Origin: Methanobacteriota archaeon
Lineage (GTDB): Archaea; Thermoplasmatota; Thermoplasmata; SG8-5; DAIRED01
Direction: 5' to 3'
NCBI GenBank assembly: GCA_043799545.1
Contig: JAZDNO010000029.1
Coordinates: forward strand, 20,668 to 84,667
Length of the DNA stretch: 64,000 nucleotides
This document shows, piece after piece, positions 35,985-45,507 of the stretch; the stretch's first letter is position 1; the number at the start of each line of letters is the position of its first letter. The translations under genes were made by a program, and so were the position numbers. The notes beneath the pieces are model-generated. The model was not told where the DNA came from, did not search any database, and saw only the letters and a program-made list of their open reading frames with translations.

Positions 35985-38900
35985 ATGCGAAATACGAACA
36001 CATGCAAGCTCGGGGTCATAATATTGACCCTCGCGATGCTGGCGACGGCGTTTGCGGTGCTCCCGAACACGGGGGCCGGAAACGCGACGAACGAGACGAT
36101 GCCGGAAGACTACGGAGTCTACCACATAAAGGGAAAGGTAATCAGCTTCTCCAATTCGTTGCCCGTATCGGGAGTCAAAGTCACGGTCAACAACAGAACA
36201 TCACCGACACCGCTACCAGAATCTGTGTACACGGATTCGAGCGGGTCGTTCGATATCGTAGTATCCGCATGCAATCAGACGGTAACCTTTGAGGACACGA
36301 AGTACCAGACCGAAACAAAAAAGGTCGCCTGGACAGATTTCAACCTGACGACAAGGATTGCCAACATCGGCGAGGTCGGCCTCACGCGGCTCTCCTCGAT
36401 TTCGGGAATCGTCAAGAACCGAGCCGGAATTGCATTGGCGGACGTGGCAGTCAAAGCCAAGGATTCTAACGACAACATAACTGGAGAGGGTACCACAACG
36501 TCTGTGGGAGCCTTCACAGTTTACGTTGGTTCGCAATCAATCGACGTGACATACAGAAAGATGGGTTACTTCGACAAGGTCGTGCACTACGAGCTCACAG
36601 GTGACAAGAGCGTCGGCACCGTGTACATGGACGCCATCGTTCCGGAGCCGTCCGTCCTCGTTTTCGGAGTTGTCCAGAACCTGACCGGAGTCGGAATTGA
36701 AGACGTGACCGTATCCGTTTCGCGAGATGGTATTAACTGGATTAGCAACCTCACGGACGAGCACGGATATTACGAGATGTTCACATATTCAGGAAGGTTC
36801 AAGGTCAAGTCCGAGCTCAATGGATATTACACCAAGGAGTTCTGGGCGAGCGCCCCCGAGGTCGACCGATACAACATCGACATCAACATGACGGAGACCC
36901 CGGCTGAAACAAATTCACTGTGGGGAATCGTCACCGATTTCACCAGCGGCCTCCCAATTGAGGGTGCGACCGTCAAGCTCATGCGATACGACTCGGTGAA
37001 CGGCATTTACGAAACCAAAACCTCGGTGACAACGATAGCCAACGGGAGTTACTCCCTCATGTTCCCGGATGGCACGTTCAGGCTCTGCGTCAGCCTGGAA
37101 AAGTACTTCACGAACTCAACGTATTGGATTGACCAAACCATCAGCCAGAAGGACGTAAAGCTGACCTGGATTCCACAGGACCGCACGCTGTCCGGGCGCA
37201 TCCTGGACGCGAAGGACAACTTCCCGATTGCTGGCGCGACCGTGACGATATACGAAAAAACCACGACGCGCCTATACGAAAACAGCACCGAATCGCTCTC
37301 GCCGAACGGATTCTATTCAATAAACGCGTACCAAGGTAGTTTTGCGATTCTCGTCGACGCCCCTGGTTACCAGGGAAAGCTGGTGTCCGCGACCATCGGC
37401 CTCGTCAACCTCAACAAGGACGTCAAACTGATGCCGTCTGGAATTGACATGATAACGAAGACCTATACATTCTCCTCAAACTGGAAGAACGTTTCTTACC
37501 ATGAGAGCAGAACCCTGAGCGTCGACAACGCCACGCTGAGGGCGATGGCTGACATCGCACATGGAAGGGGCAACCTGACGCTGAACCCGAACACATGGAC
37601 GCTCACCGCGGGGACTGTCAACATCTGGAGCGCCTACATGGAGGCAGAGGGTCTTCCGATGATATACACGACCGACATTCTGGCTCTGGACAACAACTAT
37701 TATGAACTCGTTGGCTCGGCGAAGGTCAACATCTCCAATGCAATCGGCAGCGTCGAGACTTCGATGGCCGCCATCGGTCTTGAGATATTCGCAAACTACA
37801 CGATGGTCGGAACCGTGGCCGCGGGAACGGAGCACGAACTATTGTTCAACGCGAGTTACGACACGGAAACAACTGACAACGTGTACATGATAAACCTCCT
37901 TGAAGGATACGAGATGACTGCCAACACCTCAAGCAGCAAGGTCAAGATGGCCGGTTTCACCGCCATAACCGTGGACACGCTCAACGGAACGGGAGCCGAG
38001 AAAATCTCAATGACGATCATGGAGAGCGACAACGGAACCGCGAAGATCCGCCTCACCGACGGCACGTTCTACGAGAAGAACTCCACATACAAGGGTTACG
38101 AAGTCATTGTCAGGAAGGCCGATGCGACGGCATTCAACTCAACCGTCAAGTTCAGCGCCTCCGAATCCACAGACCCTGTCGGACAGATATCCCTTGCAAA
38201 CTTCACGTGGAACTTCAAGGATGGCTCAAACTTGGCGTACGGCATCACAGCCACCCACAACTACACCACAGCGGGAACTTTTAAAGCCATTTTAAATGTA
38301 ACTGAGACAGGCGGGAACAAGACGAATCACACAGCCATCGTCCATGTTGACGAGGCAAAGCCAACGGCAGTGATAAACGTCCTGTACCACACCATCTCCA
38401 CGTCCAACGCCATTACAATCAACGAGGACAACCAGACCTCTTTCACCGGAGGCAACTCGACAGACACGATAACCGGCACGACCGCAGGAATCATACAGAC
38501 CTGGCAGTGGTCCTGGGGCGACGGCTCCGCGAACGACACCATGACGAAGGGAGGCGAGGCCAACATCAACCACACCTACCTTGAGCCTGGAACGTACACC
38601 CTTAAAATGAATGTGACCGACGTCGTCGGGCACGTCAGCGTGGACAAGAGCGTCAATGTCACAGTCATGGACGTCACCAAGCCCACCCCGGACTTCAAGA
38701 TATTGAACTCCACCTACGCAATCGTGACAGGATGCAGGGAGAACGTCTCGTTCTACTTCAACTCGACCTCGACGGACAACCACTACTCATACGACAACCT
38801 GACATACACATGGAACTTCGGAGACGGCTCCGCTGTCGAGACCGCGATGAACACAACGCACACGTTCACCAAGATAGGCACCTTCAACGTCACGCTCAAC

Positions 38901-39476
38901 GTCACGGACCTGGCGGGCAACTGGGATGTGAGGACGACCCCGGTGAGCATAAGCCTTGGAATCAGGCCGGACCTCATGCTCTACGCCAACACGCTCAAAA
39001 TCGACCCGAAGACCGTAGACGACGGGCAGAGCGTCAAGCTCTCTGTCAACATCACGAACAAGGGCGAGGCCGACGCGACTGGAACGGTCGTGACCTTCTT
39101 CATCCGCAACTCCGACGGCACCAACGACAGGATTTCCGGAACGGTAGTGCTCACAAACACAGACGGGACGACAAACTCCGGAACCCTGTCGCCGAAGAAG
39201 AACGCTACTGCAAGCCTGAGCTGGAAGCCTTCGGGCAAGGGCAACTACACGATATACGTCACGGCCAACTGCACGGGCGAGCACTCGTCCACGATGTTCG
39301 ACAACAACAACGGAGCGACGCTGAACGCGTATGTGAAGGTCAACGCCTCGCCGATGATACAGTACGCCATAGCCGGCGTAGCAATCGGCGTGTTCATCGT
39401 CGGAGCCGTGGTCTACTTCTTCTGGGTGAGGGGCAAGAGCGGCGGACCGATAGACGACAAGCGCAAGAAGAAGTAA
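35985..39476 (+). CDS. Large cell-surface glycoprotein (carboxypeptidase-regulatory-like repeats, PKD domains, CARDB, C-terminal TM)
   Basis: Signal peptide; repeated G.V....PI.GATV..TD..G.Y; WNFGDGS/WSWGDGS PKD motifs; PDL..NITNKG CARDB; TM plus basic tail; many N-x-S/T sequons. Confidence 0.85.
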   Translation: MRNTNTCKLGVIILTLAMLATAFAVLPNTGAGNATNETMPEDYGVYHIKGKVISFSNSLPVSGVKVTVNNRTSPTPLPESVYTDSSGSFDIVVSACNQTVTFEDTKYQTETKKVAWTDFNLTTRIANIGEVGLTRLSSISGIVKNRAGIALADVAVKAKDSNDNITGEGTTTSVGAFTVYVGSQSIDVTYRKMGYFDKVVHYELTGDKSVGTVYMDAIVPEPSVLVFGVVQNLTGVGIEDVTVSVSRDGINWISNLTDEHGYYEMFTYSGRFKVKSELNGYYTKEFWASAPEVDRYNIDINMTETPAETNSLWGIVTDFTSGLPIEGATVKLMRYDSVNGIYETKTSVTTIANGSYSLMFPDGTFRLCVSLEKYFTNSTYWIDQTISQKDVKLTWIPQDRTLSGRILDAKDNFPIAGATVTIYEKTTTRLYENSTESLSPNGFYSINAYQGSFAILVDAPGYQGKLVSATIGLVNLNKDVKLMPSGIDMITKTYTFSSNWKNVSYHESRTLSVDNATLRAMADIAHGRGNLTLNPNTWTLTAGTVNIWSAYMEAEGLPMIYTTDILALDNNYYELVGSAKVNISNAIGSVETSMAAIGLEIFANYTMVGTVAAGTEHELLFNASYDTETTDNVYMINLLEGYEMTANTSSSKVKMAGFTAITVDTLNGTGAEKISMTIMESDNGTAKIRLTDGTFYEKNSTYKGYEVIVRKADATAFNSTVKFSASESTDPVGQISLANFTWNFKDGSNLAYGITATHNYTTAGTFKAILNVTETGGNKTNHTAIVHVDEAKPTAVINVLYHTISTSNAITINEDNQTSFTGGNSTDTITGTTAGIIQTWQWSWGDGSANDTMTKGGEANINHTYLEPGTYTLKMNVTDVVGHVSVDKSVNVTVMDVTKPTPDFKILNSTYAIVTGCRENVSFYFNSTSTDNHYSYDNLTYTWNFGDGSAVETAMNTTHTFTKIGTFNVTLNVTDLAGNWDVRTTPVSISLGIRPDLMLYANTLKIDPKTVDDGQSVKLSVNITNKGEADATGTVVTFFIRNSDGTNDRISGTVVLTNTDGTTNSGTLSPKKNATASLSWKPSGKGNYTIYVTANCTGEHSSTMFDNNNGATLNAYVKVNASPMIQYAIAGVAIGVFIVGAVVYFFWVRGKSGGPIDDKRKKK

Positions 39477-39559
39477 ATCCCAAAAGAAACCCCATCAGAA
39501 GGCTCAAAAACCTTTTTAAATTCCTTACCTATGCAATTTTCAACGGTCCAGGGTGACCT

Positions 39560-40315
39560 ATGCAACGCCTTCGAGTCATAGACACGGACCTAGCGCATCC
39601 GTTCAGGACAGGGGCGCTCGACGAGGCGATACTGAGGACCCGCGCACGAGACGAAACGCCGGACACGCTGCATTTCTACAGGCGCGAACCGCCAGGAGTC
39701 TCGCTGGGTTATTTCGGGAAGGCTGGCAACGAGGTCGACCTGGATTACTGCAAGGGGAACGGAATCTCGCTGCTTCGAAGGCTGAGCGGCGGGAGCGCTA
39801 TCTACACAGACCGAAACCAGCTCGTGTACGCCTTCGCGAGCAAGGGGGCGCTGCCCACGAGCCCGAACGCCGCTTACGCGGTAGTGTGCGGGGCGCTGGT
39901 GTTTGCCTTCGAGCGATTGGGCGTCGAGGCCGAGTTCAAGCCTGTGAACGACGTCCAACACATAGGGAAGAAACTCTCTGGCAGCGCGCTCACGCGGCGC
40001 TGGGGCGCGCACCTCGTCCACGGGACCGTGCTGGTGGCTGTTGACAGGGAAAAGATGTTCCGCGCGTTGAGGGTCGATGCGGGGAAGGTCCGCTCGAAGA
40101 ATCTGCCAGAGCCTGGGGCGCGGGTAACCTCGCTGGCGGAGATACTCGGGAAGGCTCCGGCGATGGAAAGTGTCAAAGCGGCGGTTGTTGCAGGGTTCGA
40201 GGAGCAATTCGGCATGAAAGCCGCGTTAGGAAAGCTGGCGCCGCACGAGAAGGAGCTTGCAGACAGGCTCGTCGCGGAGAAGTACGGAACGGACGAGTGG
40301 AATCTGAAGCGCTGA
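39560..40315 (+). CDS. lplA: Lipoate-protein ligase A family protein
   Basis: DEAILR, SLGYF, RRLSGGSAIYTD, NDV..GKKLSGSA, HGTVL. Confidence 0.88.
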   Translation: MQRLRVIDTDLAHPFRTGALDEAILRTRARDETPDTLHFYRREPPGVSLGYFGKAGNEVDLDYCKGNGISLLRRLSGGSAIYTDRNQLVYAFASKGALPTSPNAAYAVVCGALVFAFERLGVEAEFKPVNDVQHIGKKLSGSALTRRWGAHLVHGTVLVAVDREKMFRALRVDAGKVRSKNLPEPGARVTSLAEILGKAPAMESVKAAVVAGFEEQFGMKAALGKLAPHEKELADRLVAEKYGTDEWNLKR

Positions 40316-40340
40316 GATTTGCACATCGTCCGGCGGCAAA

Positions 40341-42062
40341 TCACATCTCTGCGGGTGCCGCCAGCCCCAGCATCCCGAGCGCTGACGCCAGCGCCCACCT
40401 CGCGCCCACGGCGAGCGCGATGCGGAACTCTCGGACCTCAGGCTCCGCGGTGATGACGGGGCAGTCCCTGTAGAACTGGTTGAACTCCGATGCGAGCTGG
40501 AGGGCGTACGATGCCAGCGCGTGCGGCGTCTTATCCTCGGCGCACTTCGAGACGACCGAAGGCATCTGGGCGATTGCGCGCACCAGCCGCGTCTCGCCGC
40601 TTTCGAGGACGGATGGGATTGAGCCTGCTTCGGCCCGTCCCGAGGGCGGGGGGGCGGGACGTTCGTTGCTCGCCCTCGCCAGGATGCTGCAGGCCCTCGC
40701 GTGGGCGTACTGGATGAACGGCGCCGAGCATCCCTCGAAGTTCAGCGCCTCCTCCCATTTGAACACCATCGGTTTTTCCGCCTGGACGCGCACGATGTTG
40801 TACCGGACCGAGGCGATTCCGACCGCGGTCGCTATCTCGCGCTTCTTGTCTTCGGGCAGCTCCGGACGGCGCTTTTCGACTTCGGCCTGCGCCCTCACGA
40901 TGGCTTCGTCCAGCAGGTCGTCGAGCAGGACGACTCGTCCTGCGCGGGTAGACATCTTGCCCTCCGGCAGGGACACGAAGGCGTAGAACAGCACTTCCGG
41001 AACTTTCTCGGAGCCTAGCAGGCGCAGGCCGATTTCTACTCCCTTGGCCTCCAGCTTGTGGTCCTCCCCGAGCACGTTCACCGCGCGGTCGCAGCGAGAG
41101 AGCTTCCACTGGTGGTAGGCCACGTCTCGCGCTGCGTAGAGCGACGTTCCGTCGGTCCTGGAGAGGAAGTATTTCGAGCTGCGGCCCGAGATGCCGTGGT
41201 TCTCCAGGTCGATGTAGAGCGCGCCGTTCTCGTCAGGGAGGCCGCCACCTCGGAGCGCGTCCAGCGTCCGTCCGACGCTCCCGTCGACTACGAACTTCGA
41301 CTCGCTCACGTAAGAGTCAACCTCCGCCCCGATGCGGCGCAGCGTGGGCGATATAGTCTCTCCCATGACGTTGGAGCAGATTCGTATCATCTCGTCGATG
41401 ACGGCCTTGTCGCCGTGCTCGGCGCCAGACACGAGCGATGCCAGCTCCTCCTTCAGGGCTGGGTCGCCCGGAGACTCTCCCTCGCGCTCGCCTGTAGCGG
41501 CGGCGGCCCACTGGTAGGTCTGCCCGTGCCGCACTGCGAGGGTCTTCATTGCCGCCTGGCGCCCCATGTCGTCCACGTAGTACTGCGTCTCGACTGAGTA
41601 TCCCGCTGCGCGCATTATCCGCGCCAACGTGTCTCCGATAATCGGGTTGCGCCCCCTGCCCACGCTAAGGCGGTCCGTCGGGTTGACGCTCGTGTGCTCC
41701 AGTATGACCCGGAGGCCTTTGGGCGGGAGCGTCCCGTACCGGTCTCGAAGCTCGGCGAGGGCTTCGAGGGTCGCGCGCGCCATTTTCTGCGAATCGAATG
41801 TGAAGTTGACATACGGCCCTGCGGGCGCGTGGGTGAAAAGCGCGGACTGGCCGATTGCCGCGTCGAGGGATTTGGCAATCTCGACTGGATTCCTGCGCAG
41901 CAGCTTGGCGAGCCTGTGGCAGGGTACGGCGATGTCCCCCATGCCCTCGGGGGGGGCTTCGAGAGGCAGGTTGCGATGCTCCTGTGGTATCTCCAGTTTG
42001 GCTAGACCGGCCTGGACGGCTTCCCCGACGGAGTCTCTCAGGCTCAGGATGGGGTCGTTCAT
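40341..42062 (-). CDS. argS: Arginyl-tRNA synthetase (variant HIGH motif)
   Basis: EHTSVNP, YYVDDMGRQ, RTDGTSLYAARDVAYH, VLGEDH, GKMSTR, FEG..APFIQYAHARACSIL, FNQFY..CPVI. Start trimmed to ATG 42062. Confidence 0.93.
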   Translation of the reverse strand: MNDPILSLRDSVGEAVQAGLAKLEIPQEHRNLPLEAPPEGMGDIAVPCHRLAKLLRRNPVEIAKSLDAAIGQSALFTHAPAGPYVNFTFDSQKMARATLEALAELRDRYGTLPPKGLRVILEHTSVNPTDRLSVGRGRNPIIGDTLARIMRAAGYSVETQYYVDDMGRQAAMKTLAVRHGQTYQWAAAATGEREGESPGDPALKEELASLVSGAEHGDKAVIDEMIRICSNVMGETISPTLRRIGAEVDSYVSESKFVVDGSVGRTLDALRGGGLPDENGALYIDLENHGISGRSSKYFLSRTDGTSLYAARDVAYHQWKLSRCDRAVNVLGEDHKLEAKGVEIGLRLLGSEKVPEVLFYAFVSLPEGKMSTRAGRVVLLDDLLDEAIVRAQAEVEKRRPELPEDKKREIATAVGIASVRYNIVRVQAEKPMVFKWEEALNFEGCSAPFIQYAHARACSILARASNERPAPPPSGRAEAGSIPSVLESGETRLVRAIAQMPSVVSKCAEDKTPHALASYALQLASEFNQFYRDCPVITAEPEVREFRIALAVGARWALASALGMLGLAAPAEM

Positions 42063-42138
42063 GAGCGGACCACCTCGCTCGTTGCGCGCAAGGAGATTTT
42101 GCATGCAAGCCATTCAGACGCCGTGGGGATATGCAACA

Positions 42139-43383
42139 TCAAGCCACCCTGTACCTCAGAATGGCCGCTATCCCCCCAAACGCTTTCATTAGCATGTCCC
42201 CCTCCTCCGAATCGCCGGAAACCATCTCTATGACCGTGCCGACGCTCTCCGCCGCCTTGTAGAGGTCGGAGACCAGGGAGCTGCGCTCTCTCTCAGATAA
42301 GGATGCGCCGCATTTCTTGCAGGCGCGGTTGGCGCCTGCGTCCGCTTCCTTCGAAGTCGCCGACTCCTCGGCGCCGCAGGACTGGCATTTGAAGGCTATC
42401 CGCACGGTATCCAGCCTTTCGGAGACGAGCAGGGTGTCGACCGCACCGAGCTCCAGCGCGTGCCTCACCTCCTTTTCTCCATAAGCGGCCTTGCCGCCGT
42501 CCGGCTTGCGTATCTCGTCGACGAACCGCTGCATCAGGCGCTTCTCCTTTGCGAGGTCCATCTCCGTCAACACGCCGGAGGCTTTCTCCATCAGCTCGCG
42601 AAGGCCGTATTCGTCTGTGTATCCGGTGTCGAAGGTGTTCAAAACCTTCTTCGCCAGCTCGTGGTGGAGGTATCCCTCCTTGACGAAGAAATCCTTTGTG
42701 GGGCCTGGGCCGCCTACAATTATGCCTGTCAAGTCGGGGTTGTTGAGGAAGGTATCGTTCATCACGCCAGCGACCTTCTTGTAGTACTCGTGGGCGGCAA
42801 TCTCGATGAGCCTCTCGAACCTTAGCGCAGACTGGCCTCCCCTGCTGTGCTTCCCCATCACGTGCGATTCGAAGGACTTGATGAGCGTTATGCGCTTTCC
42901 TTTCAGCATACCGATTGTCGCCTCGTTCCGATCTATGACCAGCAGGGCGAAGGTCTCCTTCTCGGTCAGCTGATCCTCGAGAATCTCCAGGAAGAACGTC
43001 GAGTCGCAGCGGTAGAGGAACGAGTTAATCGGCTCCGGGGGCTCTATAACATAGCTCACGGGCTCAGTCTGGTCCCCGCCCTTCGGTTTGTGGCCCACGA
43101 AAAGCACGACACCGTTTGCGGGCGGTTGCTTGTAGTTTTTCAACCGTCCTATAAGGGACTCTATGGCCCACGTGACGTTCTTCTTAGTGGTGCGGGACTT
43201 GATGTTGCTGGCCTGGGCGTACTCGTTCCGCAGGTAGTTGGTGACGTCGGAGATTTGCTTCGAAGGCGGGACGTAGAGAGAGATGCACTCCGTCGCCCGC
43301 CCGCGCACGCCCCTGAGCTCCTCTAGCTTGCGGCGGAACTCGTACCGGGCCAACGCATTGTCGTCTGCCATTCTTACCAGCAT
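42139..43383 (-). CDS. prf1: Peptide chain release factor aRF1
   Basis: TECISLYVP, ASNIKS, YRCDSTF, HSRGGQSALRFER, C-terminal CQSC..CKKC insert, AFGGIAAILRY. Confidence 0.96.
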   Translation of the reverse strand: MLVRMADDNALARYEFRRKLEELRGVRGRATECISLYVPPSKQISDVTNYLRNEYAQASNIKSRTTKKNVTWAIESLIGRLKNYKQPPANGVVLFVGHKPKGGDQTEPVSYVIEPPEPINSFLYRCDSTFFLEILEDQLTEKETFALLVIDRNEATIGMLKGKRITLIKSFESHVMGKHSRGGQSALRFERLIEIAAHEYYKKVAGVMNDTFLNNPDLTGIIVGGPGPTKDFFVKEGYLHHELAKKVLNTFDTGYTDEYGLRELMEKASGVLTEMDLAKEKRLMQRFVDEIRKPDGGKAAYGEKEVRHALELGAVDTLLVSERLDTVRIAFKCQSCGAEESATSKEADAGANRACKKCGASLSERERSSLVSDLYKAAESVGTVIEMVSGDSEEGDMLMKAFGGIAAILRYRVA

Positions 43384-43474
43384 CCATCCAAAGATTTATT
43401 ACCCGTATGCCAATACCGTTTATCTAGATTGTGGGTGAACCATGAACCGGTCAAGGGCCAGAAGTCCCGGCGGT

Positions 43475-44158
43475 ATGGAAACAGTTGTGGTTTCTATAGG
43501 AGGCTCGGTCCTCCTGCCGCGAAGCGTCGATGCGCATTACATCAAGAAGCTCGCGAGGATGCTGGAAGGCGCCTCCCGCGATGTGAACATCTTCGCGGTC
43601 GTCGGTGCAGGCTGGATTGCCAGATTCTACAAGGACCTCGGTCTTGAGCTCGGGTGCAAAGAACTGACGCTTGATGAGAATGGCATCGCCGTGACGCGCC
43701 TGAACGCGAGCCTCCTTATCACCGCCCTCGGGGCTAAAGCGAACCCTAAGCCTGCATTTACAGTGGAAGAGGCGATTTCACTGGCCAGCAGGTACGACAT
43801 CGTCGTGATGGGCGGAGAGACGCCTGGCCAGACTACGGATTCGGTGGCGGCGCAGATTGCATCCATGACCGGCGCAGCGCGGGTCGTCAACGCGACCGAC
43901 GTCGACGGCGTCTACGACAGCGACCCGAGAAAAAATCCGAAGGCGAGGCGCCTCGACACAATGACCTTCGCGCAGTTCGCGGAGCTGTGCGGGAAGGCGA
44001 GGCACAGCCCGGGGATGCATGTTCCGTTCGACCCCTCGGGGGCGAGGCTGGTTTCAAAGAAGAAGATTGTGACGGTTATCTTGGATGGAAAGGACCTCGC
44101 ATCTTTCAAGGGCGCCATTTTGGGGCGCAAGTTCAAGGGAACTGTCGTGGGGGGCTGA
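43475..44158 (+). CDS. pyrH: Uridylate kinase (archaeal type)
   Basis: VVSIGGS, VVGAG.IAR, GI.VTRLNA, PGQTTD.VAA, NATDVDGVYDSDP. Confidence 0.92.
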   Translation: METVVVSIGGSVLLPRSVDAHYIKKLARMLEGASRDVNIFAVVGAGWIARFYKDLGLELGCKELTLDENGIAVTRLNASLLITALGAKANPKPAFTVEEAISLASRYDIVVMGGETPGQTTDSVAAQIASMTGAARVVNATDVDGVYDSDPRKNPKARRLDTMTFAQFAELCGKARHSPGMHVPFDPSGARLVSKKKIVTVILDGKDLASFKGAILGRKFKGTVVGG

Positions 44159-44160
44159 AA

Positions 44161-44718
44161 ATGGTTTACAGGGCGTTCATCGCGGTCGAAGTAGGCGGCA
44201 TGTCAAGGTTGCTAGACATGGACGAGGAGCTGAAGAGGACTCACGGAGACCTCAAGATAGTCGATGCGGACAACATCCACATGACGATGAAGTTCTTGGG
44301 CAACGTCGATGAGGCGGCGGGGGAAAAGATTGTCAAGGCCATGAAAGCGGCAGTCAAGAAATTCGAGCCGTTCGACATGGTAGTGAGGGGTGTGGGGGTA
44401 TTTCCCAGCGAGGACGACATAAAAATCATCTGGGTCGGCGTGGACGACCCCAAGCCTTTGGCGAAGATTTACGACAATCTGGAAAAAAGCCTGAAGAAGC
44501 TGGGATACGAGCCTGAGAGCCGCGCCTTCACGCCCCACGTCACGATTGCCAGGGTCCGGAGCCCGAAGAACAGGCTCCGGGTCAAGGAAATCGTGGATGC
44601 GCACAAGGAAGACGAATTCGGGGTGATTAAGGTCGACACCCTGTTCCTGAAGAAGAGCTTCCTTACCAACGAGGGGCCAGTTTACACGACTGTCGGGACC
44701 GCGAGGCTAGGGGAATAG
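44161..44718 (+). CDS. thpR: RNA 2',3'-cyclic phosphodiesterase (2'-5' RNA ligase, 2H family)
   Basis: RAFIAV, HMTMKFLG, IIWVGV, FTPHVTIARV, GPVY. Confidence 0.92.
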   Translation: MVYRAFIAVEVGGMSRLLDMDEELKRTHGDLKIVDADNIHMTMKFLGNVDEAAGEKIVKAMKAAVKKFEPFDMVVRGVGVFPSEDDIKIIWVGVDDPKPLAKIYDNLEKSLKKLGYEPESRAFTPHVTIARVRSPKNRLRVKEIVDAHKEDEFGVIKVDTLFLKKSFLTNEGPVYTTVGTARLGE

Positions 44719-44728
44719 GCGGTTGAAG

Positions 44729-45430
44729 ATGGTCGCCGAGTGGAAAGTCGATCCTGAAGTCGAATCTGCGCTCTGGGCGGAGATAAGGGCCGATGCCATC
44801 CGCGCTGCTCACGAGGCAGGCGGAGGGAGGATGCTCGATCTGGGCGGGGCGGCTGGTAGCTTCACGCATTATATATCGAGCAAGGTTCCAGGTTACAAAT
44901 GCGTTTCTATAGACATAACCCGTCCGAACGTCGAGCCAGTGTGCGATTTCGTGATGGGTGACGCGCTTCGACTGCCTTTCAGGGATTCTACGTTCCAGGT
45001 CGTCGCGGCCAGGGCCGTTCTCCACCACTTTCCTCGGAGCCTGGGCGAATCGATGGCAGAGCTGCGCCGCGTGCTGGTTCCAGAAGGTCGGTTGATTATC
45101 GAGGAGCCCTGCTCTGGCAACCCCCTGGCAGCGATTGCTAGGAAGGCCTTTCCAACGGACAGGCACGACCCCGGGGAGCGGCCCGTGGCAGCTGGTGTGA
45201 TGGCAGAGGCGGTGAGGGCATGTTTCAACGCCGTGGAGGTCAAGCATTACTTCCTCGCTTCATACCTTGTCCCGCACGTGGTCTCCAGAATGCCAGATGC
45301 ACTGAAATCGCTCGCGCGGCACCTCGGGATGGCCGTCTACAGGGCTGACAGGCGCGTGTTAAATTCCTCCCATCTAGCCAGGCGTGCGGCGGCTTACGTC
45401 CACATCTCCGCCATCAAGGGTAAGAAATAA
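44729..45430 (+). CDS. Class I SAM-dependent methyltransferase
   Basis: MLDLGGAAG, GDALRLPF.DSTF, VLHHF, RRVLVPEG. Confidence 0.85.
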   Translation: MVAEWKVDPEVESALWAEIRADAIRAAHEAGGGRMLDLGGAAGSFTHYISSKVPGYKCVSIDITRPNVEPVCDFVMGDALRLPFRDSTFQVVAARAVLHHFPRSLGESMAELRRVLVPEGRLIIEEPCSGNPLAAIARKAFPTDRHDPGERPVAAGVMAEAVRACFNAVEVKHYFLASYLVPHVVSRMPDALKSLARHLGMAVYRADRRVLNSSHLARRAAAYVHISAIKGKK

Positions 45431-45507
45431 ATACCCATATCGATTCGGGGGGTTGCTCTGATATATAGATTATATTGGGGAACCATAAATAACGCAACGG
45501 TGAGGCA

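Noticed and set aside
42290-42400. Zn-ribbon insert in aRF1
   Set aside because: A known feature of many euryarchaeal aRF1 C-domains.
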